Of a DNA stretch of 64,000 nucleotides, positions 1 through 9,063 are shown piece after piece (position 1 is the stretch's first letter; each line of letters opens with the position of its first letter). Below the pieces are notes generated by a model. That model worked only from the letters and a program-made list of their open reading frames with translations. It ran no database searches and was not told the origin of the DNA. Source of the stretch: a virus; IMG/VR virus record IMGVR_UViG_3300008448_000052. One strand, 5' to 3'. Position numbers and translations under genes: made by a program.

Positions 1-1
1 A

Positions 2-490
2 GACCTTCGTCAAGAAAAAAAGCGCATTCAAGAAGAAAAAGACGCTGCCGAAATGATGCGTTTACGTAATGAACAAAGCACTCAAATTACTAATGAAATT
101 ATAGAAGCATTAGATGGGACTAAGTCGGTTCTTCCTAAAAAGAATCCTCTAGTGCTACAGCGCATTGCTCAAACTATGGTGTTAGCTATGAAAAATGGTT
201 ACCCAAATGTTACAGCTAAGGATGTCATTCCTTTAGTTGAAAAGCAATGGAAGCAAGAAATGAACTCATATTTTAATGAGGGTTCAGAAGAACTACTAGA
301 AATTATGGCTGGTAAAGAAAAGCTAAATGCTTGGCGTAAAGCTCAATATGTCAAAAATAAAGGTAAATTACCAACTCCTCAAAAGGTGTCACCTCAAGAT
401 ACTGGTAAAATCAATAAAGACCCAGTTGAAACTGAACTTGAGGTTAAAAAGGGTCGAGAAGCATTCAGAAAGCTATTTAGACCCGTATAA
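2..490 (+). CDS. scaffolding-like protein, C-terminal part (ORF open to window start)
   Basis: Frame is stop-free from base 2; charged helical sequence; sits immediately upstream of the capsid gene. Confidence 0.35.
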   Translation, partial: DLRQEKKRIQEEKDAAEMMRLRNEQSTQITNEIIEALDGTKSVLPKKNPLVLQRIAQTMVLAMKNGYPNVTAKDVIPLVEKQWKQEMNSYFNEGSEELLEIMAGKEKLNAWRKAQYVKNKGKLPTPQKVSPQDTGKINKDPVETELEVKKGREAFRKLFRPV

Positions 491-542
491 TTAGCCCAAA
501 TATCATATTTCTCTATTATTGTCAAGAATAATTTATTAGAAT

Positions 543-575
543 TTAACAAGTAATAATAGAGGGATATGAATGTAT
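543..575 (+). promoter_or_regulatory. conserved phage promoter motif, copy 1 (TAACAAGTAATAATAGAGGGAT...)
   Basis: 16-nt core TAACAAGTAATAATAG is identical in 4 copies in the window; lies in the 223-bp gap upstream of the capsid gene. Confidence 0.5.
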
Positions 576-713
576 CCAAGTAATGACTAGACCCTTATCT
601 ACCCGTTTGGATGATTTGGCATCGAAAAATGAAAAAATACAACTCGTAAACATCAAAACAAAAAACACAACACAAACAAAATTTTTATATTAAAAGGTAA
701 ATAGGTAAATATT

Positions 714-1949
714 ATGGCAGCAAATAATACGTATGGTAATCCAGCGGGTACCATTGGTACATTAAACGGTCTCTTTAAAGAAGTATACGCAAAAGAATTA
801 GTTAATTTAATTCCAGATGGCGTTAAGTTACTAAACAGAATTCCATTCGCTAAAAAAGATGCGACTTTAGGTAACTTGTATCACCAACCAGTTATTCTTG
901 GTCATGAACACGGTGTCACCTTTGCTGGTGCTACTGACGATGCGTTCACATTGAATGCGGCAGTTGCGGGTTCAATCAAGGATGCACAAGTTCAAGGTAC
1001 ACAATTAGTGTTACGTTCTGTTCTTGGTATTGCGGCAGCTTCTCGTGCTTCTAATGGTGATGCAAAATCATTCATGCAAGCAACTAAGTTCCTCGTAGGA
1101 AACATGTTACGTTCTGTAACTAAAAAATTAGAAATTGAAATGTTATATGGTCAAGTTGGTTACGCTACCCTAGCGGTTTCTGCTGCGGTAACTGTTATTC
1201 CAATTCCTAATGCGGAATGGGCACCGGGCATTTGGGCTGGTTCTGAGGACATGCCAATTGAACAGCGTAATGCTGCTGGTACTTTAATAAAATCAATGAA
1301 CGTAGTTTCAGTTGACTTTACTGCTCGTACTGTTACTGTTGACGGTGCTGCTACGGCAATTACCGCAGGTGACGTATTATGGCACAAAGGTGCATACGGT
1401 AATGAATTTGCTGGTATCCACAGAATCATCACTAACACTGGTACACTATTTAACATCAATGCAACTACTTACTCTTTATTCAGAGGTAACTCTTACGCAT
1501 CAGGTGGTGTTTTAACTTTCGCAAAAGTTCAAGACGCTATCGGTAAGGCAGTTGAAAAAGGTTTAGATAATGATGTTCTCATTGTTGTAAACCCAGACGT
1601 ATGGTCTGACCTTATGGTTGAACAATCTGCATTAAGAAAGTATGACGCTTCTTACTCTGCTGATGCCGCTAAAAATGGTATGGCTAAATTGGAGTTCTTC
1701 GGTCAGAACGGTATGATCGAAATAGTACCTTCAATTTACTGCAAAACTGGTTTCGGATATGTTATTTCTCCTGACGAAATGATGCGCATTGGTTCTACTG
1801 ATGTGACGTTCAACCGACCGGGCAAAGATGGCGAATTCTTCCGCGACTTAGAAAATGCTGCGGGTTATGAATTAAGATGTTATACTGACCAGGCTTTATT
1901 TTGCTCGGCACCGGCCAAGAATGTTCTAATTACTGGTATAACTACATAG
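714..1949 (+). CDS. major capsid protein (putative)
   Basis: 411-aa ORF after the scaffold-like gene; long 5' leader; followed by a strong intrinsic terminator; Gly/Ala/Thr-rich composition typical of coat proteins. Confidence 0.55.
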   Translation: MAANNTYGNPAGTIGTLNGLFKEVYAKELVNLIPDGVKLLNRIPFAKKDATLGNLYHQPVILGHEHGVTFAGATDDAFTLNAAVAGSIKDAQVQGTQLVLRSVLGIAAASRASNGDAKSFMQATKFLVGNMLRSVTKKLEIEMLYGQVGYATLAVSAAVTVIPIPNAEWAPGIWAGSEDMPIEQRNAAGTLIKSMNVVSVDFTARTVTVDGAATAITAGDVLWHKGAYGNEFAGIHRIITNTGTLFNINATTYSLFRGNSYASGGVLTFAKVQDAIGKAVEKGLDNDVLIVVNPDVWSDLMVEQSALRKYDASYSADAAKNGMAKLEFFGQNGMIEIVPSIYCKTGFGYVISPDEMMRIGSTDVTFNRPGKDGEFFRDLENAAGYELRCYTDQALFCSAPAKNVLITGITT

Positions 1950-1969
1950 TAATATATTAAAATAATATG

Positions 1970-2004
1970 ATGCCAAGCGTAAAGAACTTGGCATTATTTT
2001 TGTT
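1970..2004 (+). terminator. rho-independent terminator after capsid gene
   Basis: Perfect 8-bp stem ATGCCAAG/CTTGGCAT, 9-nt loop, then TATTTTT. Confidence 0.65.
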
Positions 2005-2005
2005 C

Positions 2006-2034
2006 TTGACAGGGGCATAACAAAATAGTAAACT
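2006..2034 (+). promoter_or_regulatory. sigma70-like promoter for HNH gene (TTGACA-17-TAAACT)
   Basis: TTGACA at 2006-2011, 17-nt spacer, TAAACT at 2029-2034, ATG at 2041 (near-leaderless). Confidence 0.4.
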
Positions 2035-2040
2035 GAAAAT

Positions 2041-2712
2041 ATGAAAATTTGTACTAAATGTAAAATTGAAAAACCGTCCACTTGTTTTGAACATCATAAG
2101 GGCCAATGTAAGGATTGTCGAAATATTGATCGTAACAAAAGATTAAGAGCTAGAAATAATCCCGTTTCTGTTGAATCAAAAACTTGCGGAGAGTGTAAAA
2201 TAGTTAAACCTAGTTCAGAATTTCATATTTCAATCAGTAAACCAGATGGTCTAATGTGGTCTTGTAAAGCTTGTCGTAATAATAGTTTAAAACAAAGATA
2301 TAAAAATAAAAAAGAACAGATTAAAGCTAGGACTAATGCCTATTATTACGCAAATAAGGAAATAGTTTTAGAAAAACAATTGAAGCGTCAAAAAGAACGT
2401 CTTAAAACTGACGCTGAGTTTCACATAAGAAGAAAATTAAGAAATCGTCTCTATTGTGCTTTAAAACGTAAGGCATGGAAAAAAGATACAAAGTTTGCCG
2501 ACTACATTGGTTGTACTTTAGAGCATTTAAAAACCCATCTTGAAAGTAAGTTTACTGACGGTATGTCTTGGGAAAATAAAGGCAAATGGCACATTGACCA
2601 CATCATACCATTAGACTCGGCTCAAACAGTTGAAGAATTATATAAGCTTTGTCATTATACAAACCTTCAACCATTATGGGCCATTGACAACATTAAAAAA
2701 GGTGTTAATTAG
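2041..2712 (+). CDS. HNH homing endonuclease with N-terminal Cys-rich Zn-binding repeats
   Basis: Two CxxC...CxxC clusters; C-terminal HIDHIIP...N...LQPLW..N HNH motif. Confidence 0.75.
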   Translation: MKICTKCKIEKPSTCFEHHKGQCKDCRNIDRNKRLRARNNPVSVESKTCGECKIVKPSSEFHISISKPDGLMWSCKACRNNSLKQRYKNKKEQIKARTNAYYYANKEIVLEKQLKRQKERLKTDAEFHIRRKLRNRLYCALKRKAWKKDTKFADYIGCTLEHLKTHLESKFTDGMSWENKGKWHIDHIIPLDSAQTVEELYKLCHYTNLQPLWAIDNIKKGVN

Positions 2713-3137
2713 TCAAGCTTACAACAAGCTGATATGGTATAGGTTATCATTTTGTGCTGTTTGGGAATAGCCGTATAGTTTGACCAAAGGGTGATGCCTA
2801 AAAATTTATATGGCACATATTCATGACTAACTACAGTTTCAGTGCTTTCTAGAATTTCAACCTTATACCCAAGTTCTTTAAGTTTGGCAAATATGGATTC
2901 TCTTGTAACACCATAGGTAACATTTTCAACGTCTGGATATTGTCTATATGTTGAACTTAAATCGTGTTTAATGGTGTATTTACCATCATAACAAATTACG
3001 GAAGCAATTATGCTACTTACAATGTTGTCAAATGTTTGTACCTTTAGTCTAGCTTTATTGTCCTCTATTGTATGGCAAGCATCTTCGGCTATCATAAATG
3101 AACTCATTCGTACCCCATTTTCTTTGCTAAATCGCAA
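2709..3137 (-). CDS. hypothetical protein (antisense island in late module)
   Basis: 142-aa ORF, third gene of a 3-gene minus-strand unit. Confidence 0.45.
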   Translation of the reverse strand: MRFSKENGVRMSSFMIAEDACHTIEDNKARLKVQTFDNIVSSIIASVICYDGKYTIKHDLSSTYRQYPDVENVTYGVTRESIFAKLKELGYKVEILESTETVVSHEYVPYKFLGITLWSNYTAIPKQHKMITYTISACCKLD

Positions 3138-3170
3138 ACTTCTTCTTCGGTTAATATGTTTATGTTTATA

Positions 3171-3512
3171 CTAGTGTTCAAGTTCCATGTCAAGACCAGC
3201 TTCTTCATTTTCTTTAATAGAGTCTTTATGTGTTTCATATTCTAGTCCTTCGTTAATGATGGGTTTATTTTCTTCTTTTTCGATGATGAATAGTTCTCTT
3301 ACGCGAATGCCCTTATCCTTGATTGTTTCAAGTGCTACTGTTCCATCTTCTAAAAGGTAAACGGTACGCTCAATGTCCCAAGAATTAATTTTATCTATGG
3401 GTATGGTGTATGTTTTAAGTTCAGGGCTCATAATGGTTTTAGTTTGAGCATAGTACATTTGTTTTGATATGTAGCCGATGGTTTTTAGTTTTTTGGCTTC
3501 TGGTGTCTTCAT
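3171..3512 (-). CDS. hypothetical protein (antisense island)
   Basis: 113-aa ORF, acidic C-terminus. Confidence 0.45.
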   Translation of the reverse strand: MKTPEAKKLKTIGYISKQMYYAQTKTIMSPELKTYTIPIDKINSWDIERTVYLLEDGTVALETIKDKGIRVRELFIIEKEENKPIINEGLEYETHKDSIKENEEAGLDMELEH

Positions 3513-3527
3513 TTGTTCCTTTGTTCT

Positions 3528-3842
3528 TTAGTTGTGTAGTTCGTACACTATGTTGTCATCTTTATTTTCCCATTCTCCAAAGGTGACAATTTTATAACCA
3601 TAGTTGGTCTTCTCAATGAGAATGATAGGACCAGTGGCTCTAACTTCGTAACCTAGGTTGGGGGATTTATAACTAAGACAATTCTTACCGTTGTGTAAAA
3701 CAACCTCAATGGTAACATCTTCTATCGACATGTCCCATTTGCGAATTATCCTATTTTGTTCATTACTAGAATAGCGTTTAAGACGTTTGCAGTGCCTAAA
3801 TGATAGTTTCATAATGTTCATATTAAACCAGTATATACACAC
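3528..3842 (-). CDS. hypothetical protein (antisense island, first gene)
   Basis: 104-aa ORF starting 3 nt downstream of a consensus -10. Confidence 0.45.
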   Translation of the reverse strand: MCIYWFNMNIMKLSFRHCKRLKRYSSNEQNRIIRKWDMSIEDVTIEVVLHNGKNCLSYKSPNLGYEVRATGPIILIEKTNYGYKIVTFGEWENKDDNIVYELHN

Positions 3843-3868
3843 TAAAACACAAAAGCAAGGAAAATAAA
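3840..3868 (-). promoter_or_regulatory. sigma70-like promoter TTGCTT-17-TATACT driving the antisense island
   Basis: Read on the minus strand: TTGCTT (3863-3868), 17-nt spacer, TATACT (3840-3845), then 8 nt to the ATG. Confidence 0.45.
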
Positions 3869-3875
3869 TAAAAAT

Positions 3876-4313
3876 ATGAAAAAAATTACCCTAAACGAAT
3901 ACATTACTGCTTCTGGACGTTATCCAGACCGTTTAAACAGTTCTGAGTTGACAAAATCTGTTAAAACTAATGCTACTACATTGCTAGAAAAAGTCAACGC
4001 TCTATTGCTTGATTTAGGAGTTTCAGGTCCATTCAGTGTGTCCAGTGGCTTTAGACCTTCTGCGGTGAATGGTGCCACTCCTAATGCGGCTAAAGGCTCA
4101 TTACACCAGTCTGGTCAAGCCATAGATATAGTTGATGATAAGAAGCAAACCCTAGCTAAACTGGTACAGTCCAAACCAGAGCTACTTAAAAAGCATGGTT
4201 TATGGCTTGAACATCCAAATAACACCATTGGTAAGAATACAAATTGGTGCCATTTAGACATGGATAGCACAATTCGTAAAGATAGACCAGTAAGAGTGTT
4301 CATACCAGCTTAA
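3876..4313 (+). CDS. peptidase M15 family cell-wall hydrolase (endolysin or virion-associated)
   Basis: SGFRPSAVNGATPNAAKGSLHQSGQAIDI motif (H-x6-D zinc site) and downstream HLDMD, typical of Peptidase_M15. Confidence 0.7.
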   Translation: MKKITLNEYITASGRYPDRLNSSELTKSVKTNATTLLEKVNALLLDLGVSGPFSVSSGFRPSAVNGATPNAAKGSLHQSGQAIDIVDDKKQTLAKLVQSKPELLKKHGLWLEHPNNTIGKNTNWCHLDMDSTIRKDRPVRVFIPA

Positions 4314-4317
4314 AAAA

Positions 4318-4343
4318 TAACAAGTAATAATAGGGGGATGTAT
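4318..4343 (+). promoter_or_regulatory. conserved phage promoter motif, copy 2 (TAACAAGTAATAATAGGGGGATGTAT)
   Basis: 26-nt near-identical to copy 3; 12-18 nt upstream of the ATG at 4355 (or 4361). Confidence 0.55.
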
Positions 4344-4354
4344 TCTCCCAAAGG

Positions 4355-4849
4355 ATGCACATGGCTGTTCCATTGACTATTGCTGGTAATACATTTTTAT
4401 TTCCTGAAAGAGGAGAAGACCCAGATTGGTCAGGCGACACTACCGATTGGGCCACTGCGGTCACTGGTGCATTAAACACCCTATTGGGTTCAGGTGACAT
4501 TCTAAATGTTACTGCGTCCATTTCAAATAACATTGCTGTGGCAACAAATGTGAATGGATTAATCTTTAACCCGGGCACTATTAGAGCAGCAAACATCACT
4601 TATGCCATTTATCGAACATCAACTGCTAACCCTAGTGGATTTTCTGAAACTGGCACCATTTACTTAACTTACGACAATAATGCTTCGGCAGCAAACAAAT
4701 GGCTTCTTAGTCAAAATTCTGTAGGCAACTCAGGTGTAGCACTTAGCGTCCTAGATTCTGGACAAGTGCAGTATGTATCTACAGATATAAATTCAACTGG
4801 TTATACAGGTGTAATTAAATTCTCCGCCAAGGCCCTTACCCAAATTTAA
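4355..4849 (+). CDS. virion structural protein (putative)
   Basis: 164-aa ORF directly behind the conserved promoter motif, inside the structural module. Confidence 0.5.
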   Translation: MHMAVPLTIAGNTFLFPERGEDPDWSGDTTDWATAVTGALNTLLGSGDILNVTASISNNIAVATNVNGLIFNPGTIRAANITYAIYRTSTANPSGFSETGTIYLTYDNNASAANKWLLSQNSVGNSGVALSVLDSGQVQYVSTDINSTGYTGVIKFSAKALTQI

Positions 4850-4865
4850 CATTTAGGATACATAC

Positions 4866-7616
4866 ATGGCTTTTAGCTTACAAAAAATTCTTAGCGGCTT
4901 ACGAATTGTTAAAGAAAACACTTTAACTCCAACCGCTATTGAAATAGTACCTTCTGGAACTGTAAATACTAAAACTGTAGTTCAATCTTCCCAAACAGTT
5001 GATAGAACAATTACTTTACCAGATAAAACTGATACATTAGCTGGTATGACAGACATTGCTACAGGTTCGGCTGCATTAGCTGCTCACGTTGCAAACACTG
5101 CGGCTCATGGCGCTACTGGTGCCGTTGTTGGAACAACTAATACACAAACATTAACTAATAAAACCATTGATGGTGATGATAACACTATTCAAGATTTACC
5201 AATTACCGCATTAAAAACTAACATTACCGATGCTAGTAAATTTATGGTAAGAGATGCTTCGGGCATTCCTACTTCTGCAACTAAAGTAGTTCCTGCTGGT
5301 GTTGTAGTTGGCACCACTGATACACAAACCCTTACAAATAAAACTTTAACTTCACCTAGTATAACAACACCGACTGGCATTGTTAAAGGTGATGTTGGTT
5401 TAGGCAACGTAGACAACACTTCTGATGCAACTAAAAACAGTGCTGCTGTAACTCTTACAAATAAAACACTTACCACTCCTATAATTTCTCAAATATCAAA
5501 TACTGGAACTTTAACGCTACCCACTGCTACCGATACACTAGTTGGTAGAGCCACTACAGATGTACTCACAAACAAAGACATTGATGGTGGCGTGGCTTCA
5601 AATACTAGACGTTTAACTGTACCAAGTGCAGCTAAAGCTACTCTAGATACATTAACTCGTAAAGAAGCAACCATTGTTTACGCAACTGATTTAGATAAAT
5701 TATACGTTGATGATGGAACCAATTTAAATGTTGTAGGTTCTGGTGCTGGGACAATTAATTTTGTTACAAATCCTGACGCTGAAATTGGAACTACTGGTTG
5801 GACTGTTGATTCATTTGCTGCGGCATCTCGTCCTGCTGGTGCTTTTACTGGTGTCACTACTGGTATTACATTTGCTGCATCTTCTTCATCTCCTCTTGCT
5901 GGTACAAACTCATTCACTTTTGCTAAAGATGCTGTAAACAGACAAGGCCGCGTGGTTTACACTGGTCTTACATTTACTCCTGCTTACTTTGCTAGAGTGA
6001 TGAATATATCAGTAGACATGATCGTTGCCTCTGGCACGTTCGTAGCTGGTACTTCTACGACTGATTCTGACTTCATTTGGTACATACAAAACGTAACTGA
6101 TGGCACTTTCATTGAGCCAAGTAATTTTAAAATATTATCTAATAGTTCAACTAATTCATTCCAATTTACTGGTACATTCCAAACTGCGGCCAGTGCTACT
6201 TCATATCGTTTACTTGGTTATGTGGCTTCGACTTCGGCAGCGGCTTATACATTAAGATTTGATAATGTCACCGTTACGCCTAGCACTTATGCTTATGGAA
6301 CGCCGATAACGGACTGGCAAGCCTTTACTCCTACTGGTGCATTTACTACCAATACGACTTACACTGGAAGATATAGACGTGTCGGTGACTCAATAGAAGT
6401 TGCTGCGTATTTAACTTTTTCAGGCGCGCCCAACGCTGTAAATGCTAGTATAAATTTGCCTAGTGGTTTTTCGATAGATACCGATAGATTATCAAGCGGC
6501 TCTAGTACGCTGTTAAATTCCAATATAGACGGACGAGTTGACTACCTAATTTCGTCGGCATGGGCTGGTTTAGTTAAATATAACACTACCACAAGTGTGC
6601 AGCTTTACTATTTAGATGCGAATGGAAATGCAAGTCTAACTACAAATACAGTTCCACAGGCTTTTGCTTCTGGTTCTAGAGTAAACGTAACTTTTACTGT
6701 GCCAATAGTCGGTCTTTCTTCATCGGTTTTAACCAGCGATCAAACTGATACTAGGATTGTAACTGCAAGAATAAATAGAACAGGTACTCAGTCGTTAGCA
6801 AATGTAACGGCAACAAAGATACAATTTAATTCTGTAATTGATGACTCTCATGCGGCTTTTGATTCTGCAACTAACTATAGATATAATGTTGTTGTTTCTG
6901 GTTTTTATCAAATTTCTGGTTCTATTTCTTATGGAGCAAATACAACTGGTACAAGAATTGTACTCTATAGAATAAATGGTGGTGCTGACATTTATATGTC
7001 AAGCATTGGAACTGCTGATATAACAAACGAAACTGCGGTTGCTTTTTTTGCTAGAACAGCTTTCTTAAAAAGCGGCGATTATATAGAAATTTTTGGACAA
7101 CAAAATTCTGGTGGTGCTTTAAACATTACGGGAAATAGTACAGTACAATTTTCTCGCATCTCAGGCCCGAATCAAATCGCGGCAAGTGAGTCTGTTTATG
7201 CAAGATATACATCTTCAAATGCGCAAATTGTGAATAACAGCACGACTCAAGTTATAGAGTTTTCGACAAGAGACAGAGACACTCATAATGCCGTTTCTGG
7301 TACTGGTACTGGTTGGAGATTTACTGCGCCTATATCTGGATTTTATGAAGTAGATGCTACTACGATTACTGGTGGGGCAGGAACGTCTGGATATATTAAT
7401 CTTTCAATTTTAAAAAATGGAACTTTATTTTTAGAAGGTTTAAATAGCGTAGCATTCAATGCTTCTGGACAAGGTTCTAGTGTTTCGGGTGCTCTTTATT
7501 TGTTGGCTGGTGAATATATTTCAGTAGCTTTAGCTAATAACGCAACTGGCGCACAAAGAACAACAAGTGCTGTAGCAGCTCAAAATCATGTTACGATAAA
7601 AAGAGTAGGCAACTAA
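4866..7616 (+). CDS. tail fibre / receptor-binding protein with internal repeats
   Basis: 916 aa; repeated GTT(N/D)TQTLTNKT(I/L) units; Thr/Asn/Ser-rich beta-type sequence; two tandem C-terminal ~110-aa related domains. Confidence 0.6.
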   Translation: MAFSLQKILSGLRIVKENTLTPTAIEIVPSGTVNTKTVVQSSQTVDRTITLPDKTDTLAGMTDIATGSAALAAHVANTAAHGATGAVVGTTNTQTLTNKTIDGDDNTIQDLPITALKTNITDASKFMVRDASGIPTSATKVVPAGVVVGTTDTQTLTNKTLTSPSITTPTGIVKGDVGLGNVDNTSDATKNSAAVTLTNKTLTTPIISQISNTGTLTLPTATDTLVGRATTDVLTNKDIDGGVASNTRRLTVPSAAKATLDTLTRKEATIVYATDLDKLYVDDGTNLNVVGSGAGTINFVTNPDAEIGTTGWTVDSFAAASRPAGAFTGVTTGITFAASSSSPLAGTNSFTFAKDAVNRQGRVVYTGLTFTPAYFARVMNISVDMIVASGTFVAGTSTTDSDFIWYIQNVTDGTFIEPSNFKILSNSSTNSFQFTGTFQTAASATSYRLLGYVASTSAAAYTLRFDNVTVTPSTYAYGTPITDWQAFTPTGAFTTNTTYTGRYRRVGDSIEVAAYLTFSGAPNAVNASINLPSGFSIDTDRLSSGSSTLLNSNIDGRVDYLISSAWAGLVKYNTTTSVQLYYLDANGNASLTTNTVPQAFASGSRVNVTFTVPIVGLSSSVLTSDQTDTRIVTARINRTGTQSLANVTATKIQFNSVIDDSHAAFDSATNYRYNVVVSGFYQISGSISYGANTTGTRIVLYRINGGADIYMSSIGTADITNETAVAFFARTAFLKSGDYIEIFGQQNSGGALNITGNSTVQFSRISGPNQIAASESVYARYTSSNAQIVNNSTTQVIEFSTRDRDTHNAVSGTGTGWRFTAPISGFYEVDATTITGGAGTSGYINLSILKNGTLFLEGLNSVAFNASGQGSSVSGALYLLAGEYISVALANNATGAQRTTSAVAAQNHVTIKRVGN

Positions 7617-7661
7617 TATAAAACAAAATTAAAAATAATAAAAATAAGAAAAAGGAAACAA

Positions 7662-8081
7662 ATGAAACACCTAGAAAAAATGTTAACAAAAGCTCCAAAA
7701 GGAGACATGTCAAAAGATGAAATTCAAGCTAAACTTGACGTGTTAGTAGAAATGATGGATATGCTTGAAGACGAAACTGGTAGCAGTGTTAAGTCTGGTA
7801 TGGACGAAATGATGAAGCCTAAAGAGTCAAAAGAAAGCTCTAGCGTTGAAGAAAAAGATTCAATGCCTATTAAGGGTGGCAACAATGTTGGTCCTCTTGT
7901 AAAAGCTAATGCGGCTGAACCAGAAGTTGCAGACAGCGACAATGGCGGCGAAGGTATGAAAGAAGCTGTTTCAGAAAATGAAGCTGATGAATACTGTGGT
8001 CTTGACGATCAAGCTGACCATGACAGCATTTTCTCACAGAAAAAAACAAAAAAGAAAAAGTTTAGCTTCTTAGAAGACTAA
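7662..8081 (+). CDS. acidic virion-associated or assembly protein (putative)
   Basis: 139 aa, strongly acidic with a basic KKTKKKK tail. Confidence 0.45.
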   Translation: MKHLEKMLTKAPKGDMSKDEIQAKLDVLVEMMDMLEDETGSSVKSGMDEMMKPKESKESSSVEEKDSMPIKGGNNVGPLVKANAAEPEVADSDNGGEGMKEAVSENEADEYCGLDDQADHDSIFSQKKTKKKKFSFLED

Positions 8082-8103
8082 GGCTCTTTCTAGAAAGAAC
8101 CCT

Positions 8104-9054
8104 ATGTCTAACTATTACTTTACGTCAACGCAATTATTGGCGTCTATTAAACGTAGATGCCTCATTCCTGCTTCACAATCTACATTTAGTGACCAAGATT
8201 TTCTAGACTTTGCAACAGAAGAAATGAACATGGGCGTTGTCCCAACCGTAATTCAACTACATGAAGACTACTATCTTTATGAAACGCTTATTCCACTAGT
8301 AAATGGTCAAATTAAATATCAAATACCCTATCGTGCCATTGGTAATAAAACTAGAGACATTGCTTTAGTTGATAGTAATGGTGGTTATAGCGTAATGACT
8401 CGCATTGGTATTGGTGAAATTGCTACATGGAATTTCTCAAATAGCATTTATGCCTATTACATAGCTAGTAATGAAATATGTCTAGTGCCGTCTGATACAA
8501 ATACCACATTTAATGGCGGGTTTCTATCAGTGTCTTATTACCTTCGTCCAAATTCTCTAGTGCCAGATACAGAAGTTGCATCTATTACATCTATTGATAG
8601 AATAACTGGCATTATATCAGTTTCTTCATTGCCTGATACTTTTTCAACTAATACACTATTAGACTTTATTCAATTTAAGTCTCCACATAAAATTTTAAGT
8701 TTTGACGTTGCTCCTTTGTCAACCGACGCCATTGGTTCTACTATTACTTTTGATTTATCTAACATTCCAAGTTCTTTGTCAGTTGGTGATAAAATTTCAT
8801 TAGCTACTCAAACGTGCATTCCTCAAATACCTTCGGATATGCATGTCATGCTTGCTGCCAGAGTTGCTTCAAGACTACTTGAGGCTATTGGTGATACAGA
8901 AGGTTTACAAAATGCTAACCAAAAATTAGCAGAATTAGAAAACAAAACTGCAACTCTCATTAATAACCGTGTTGAAGATTCTCCTCGTCGCATTGTCAGT
9001 GCATACGGAACCCTTCGTAGTGGACTAAATCGTAGAGGTAGAGGTCGATGGTAA
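8104..9054 (+). CDS. virion structural protein (putative)
   Basis: 316-aa ORF within the structural gene run. Confidence 0.5.
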   Translation: MSNYYFTSTQLLASIKRRCLIPASQSTFSDQDFLDFATEEMNMGVVPTVIQLHEDYYLYETLIPLVNGQIKYQIPYRAIGNKTRDIALVDSNGGYSVMTRIGIGEIATWNFSNSIYAYYIASNEICLVPSDTNTTFNGGFLSVSYYLRPNSLVPDTEVASITSIDRITGIISVSSLPDTFSTNTLLDFIQFKSPHKILSFDVAPLSTDAIGSTITFDLSNIPSSLSVGDKISLATQTCIPQIPSDMHVMLAARVASRLLEAIGDTEGLQNANQKLAELENKTATLINNRVEDSPRRIVSAYGTLRSGLNRRGRGRW

Positions 9055-9063
9055 GGACGTAAC

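Noticed and set aside
1160-1515. Antisense and alternate-frame ORFs inside the capsid gene (99 aa, 67 aa), and similar Leu-rich ORFs inside the tail fibre (5189-5937)
   Set aside because: They are fully embedded in long, well-supported genes and have repetitive composition; typical shadow ORFs.
8082-8101. Near-perfect 20-bp palindrome GGCTCTTTCTAGAAAGAACC between genes, as a terminator
   Set aside because: No downstream U-tract and the hairpin would have a 4-nt loop with a mismatch; more likely an operator or incidental, so not called.
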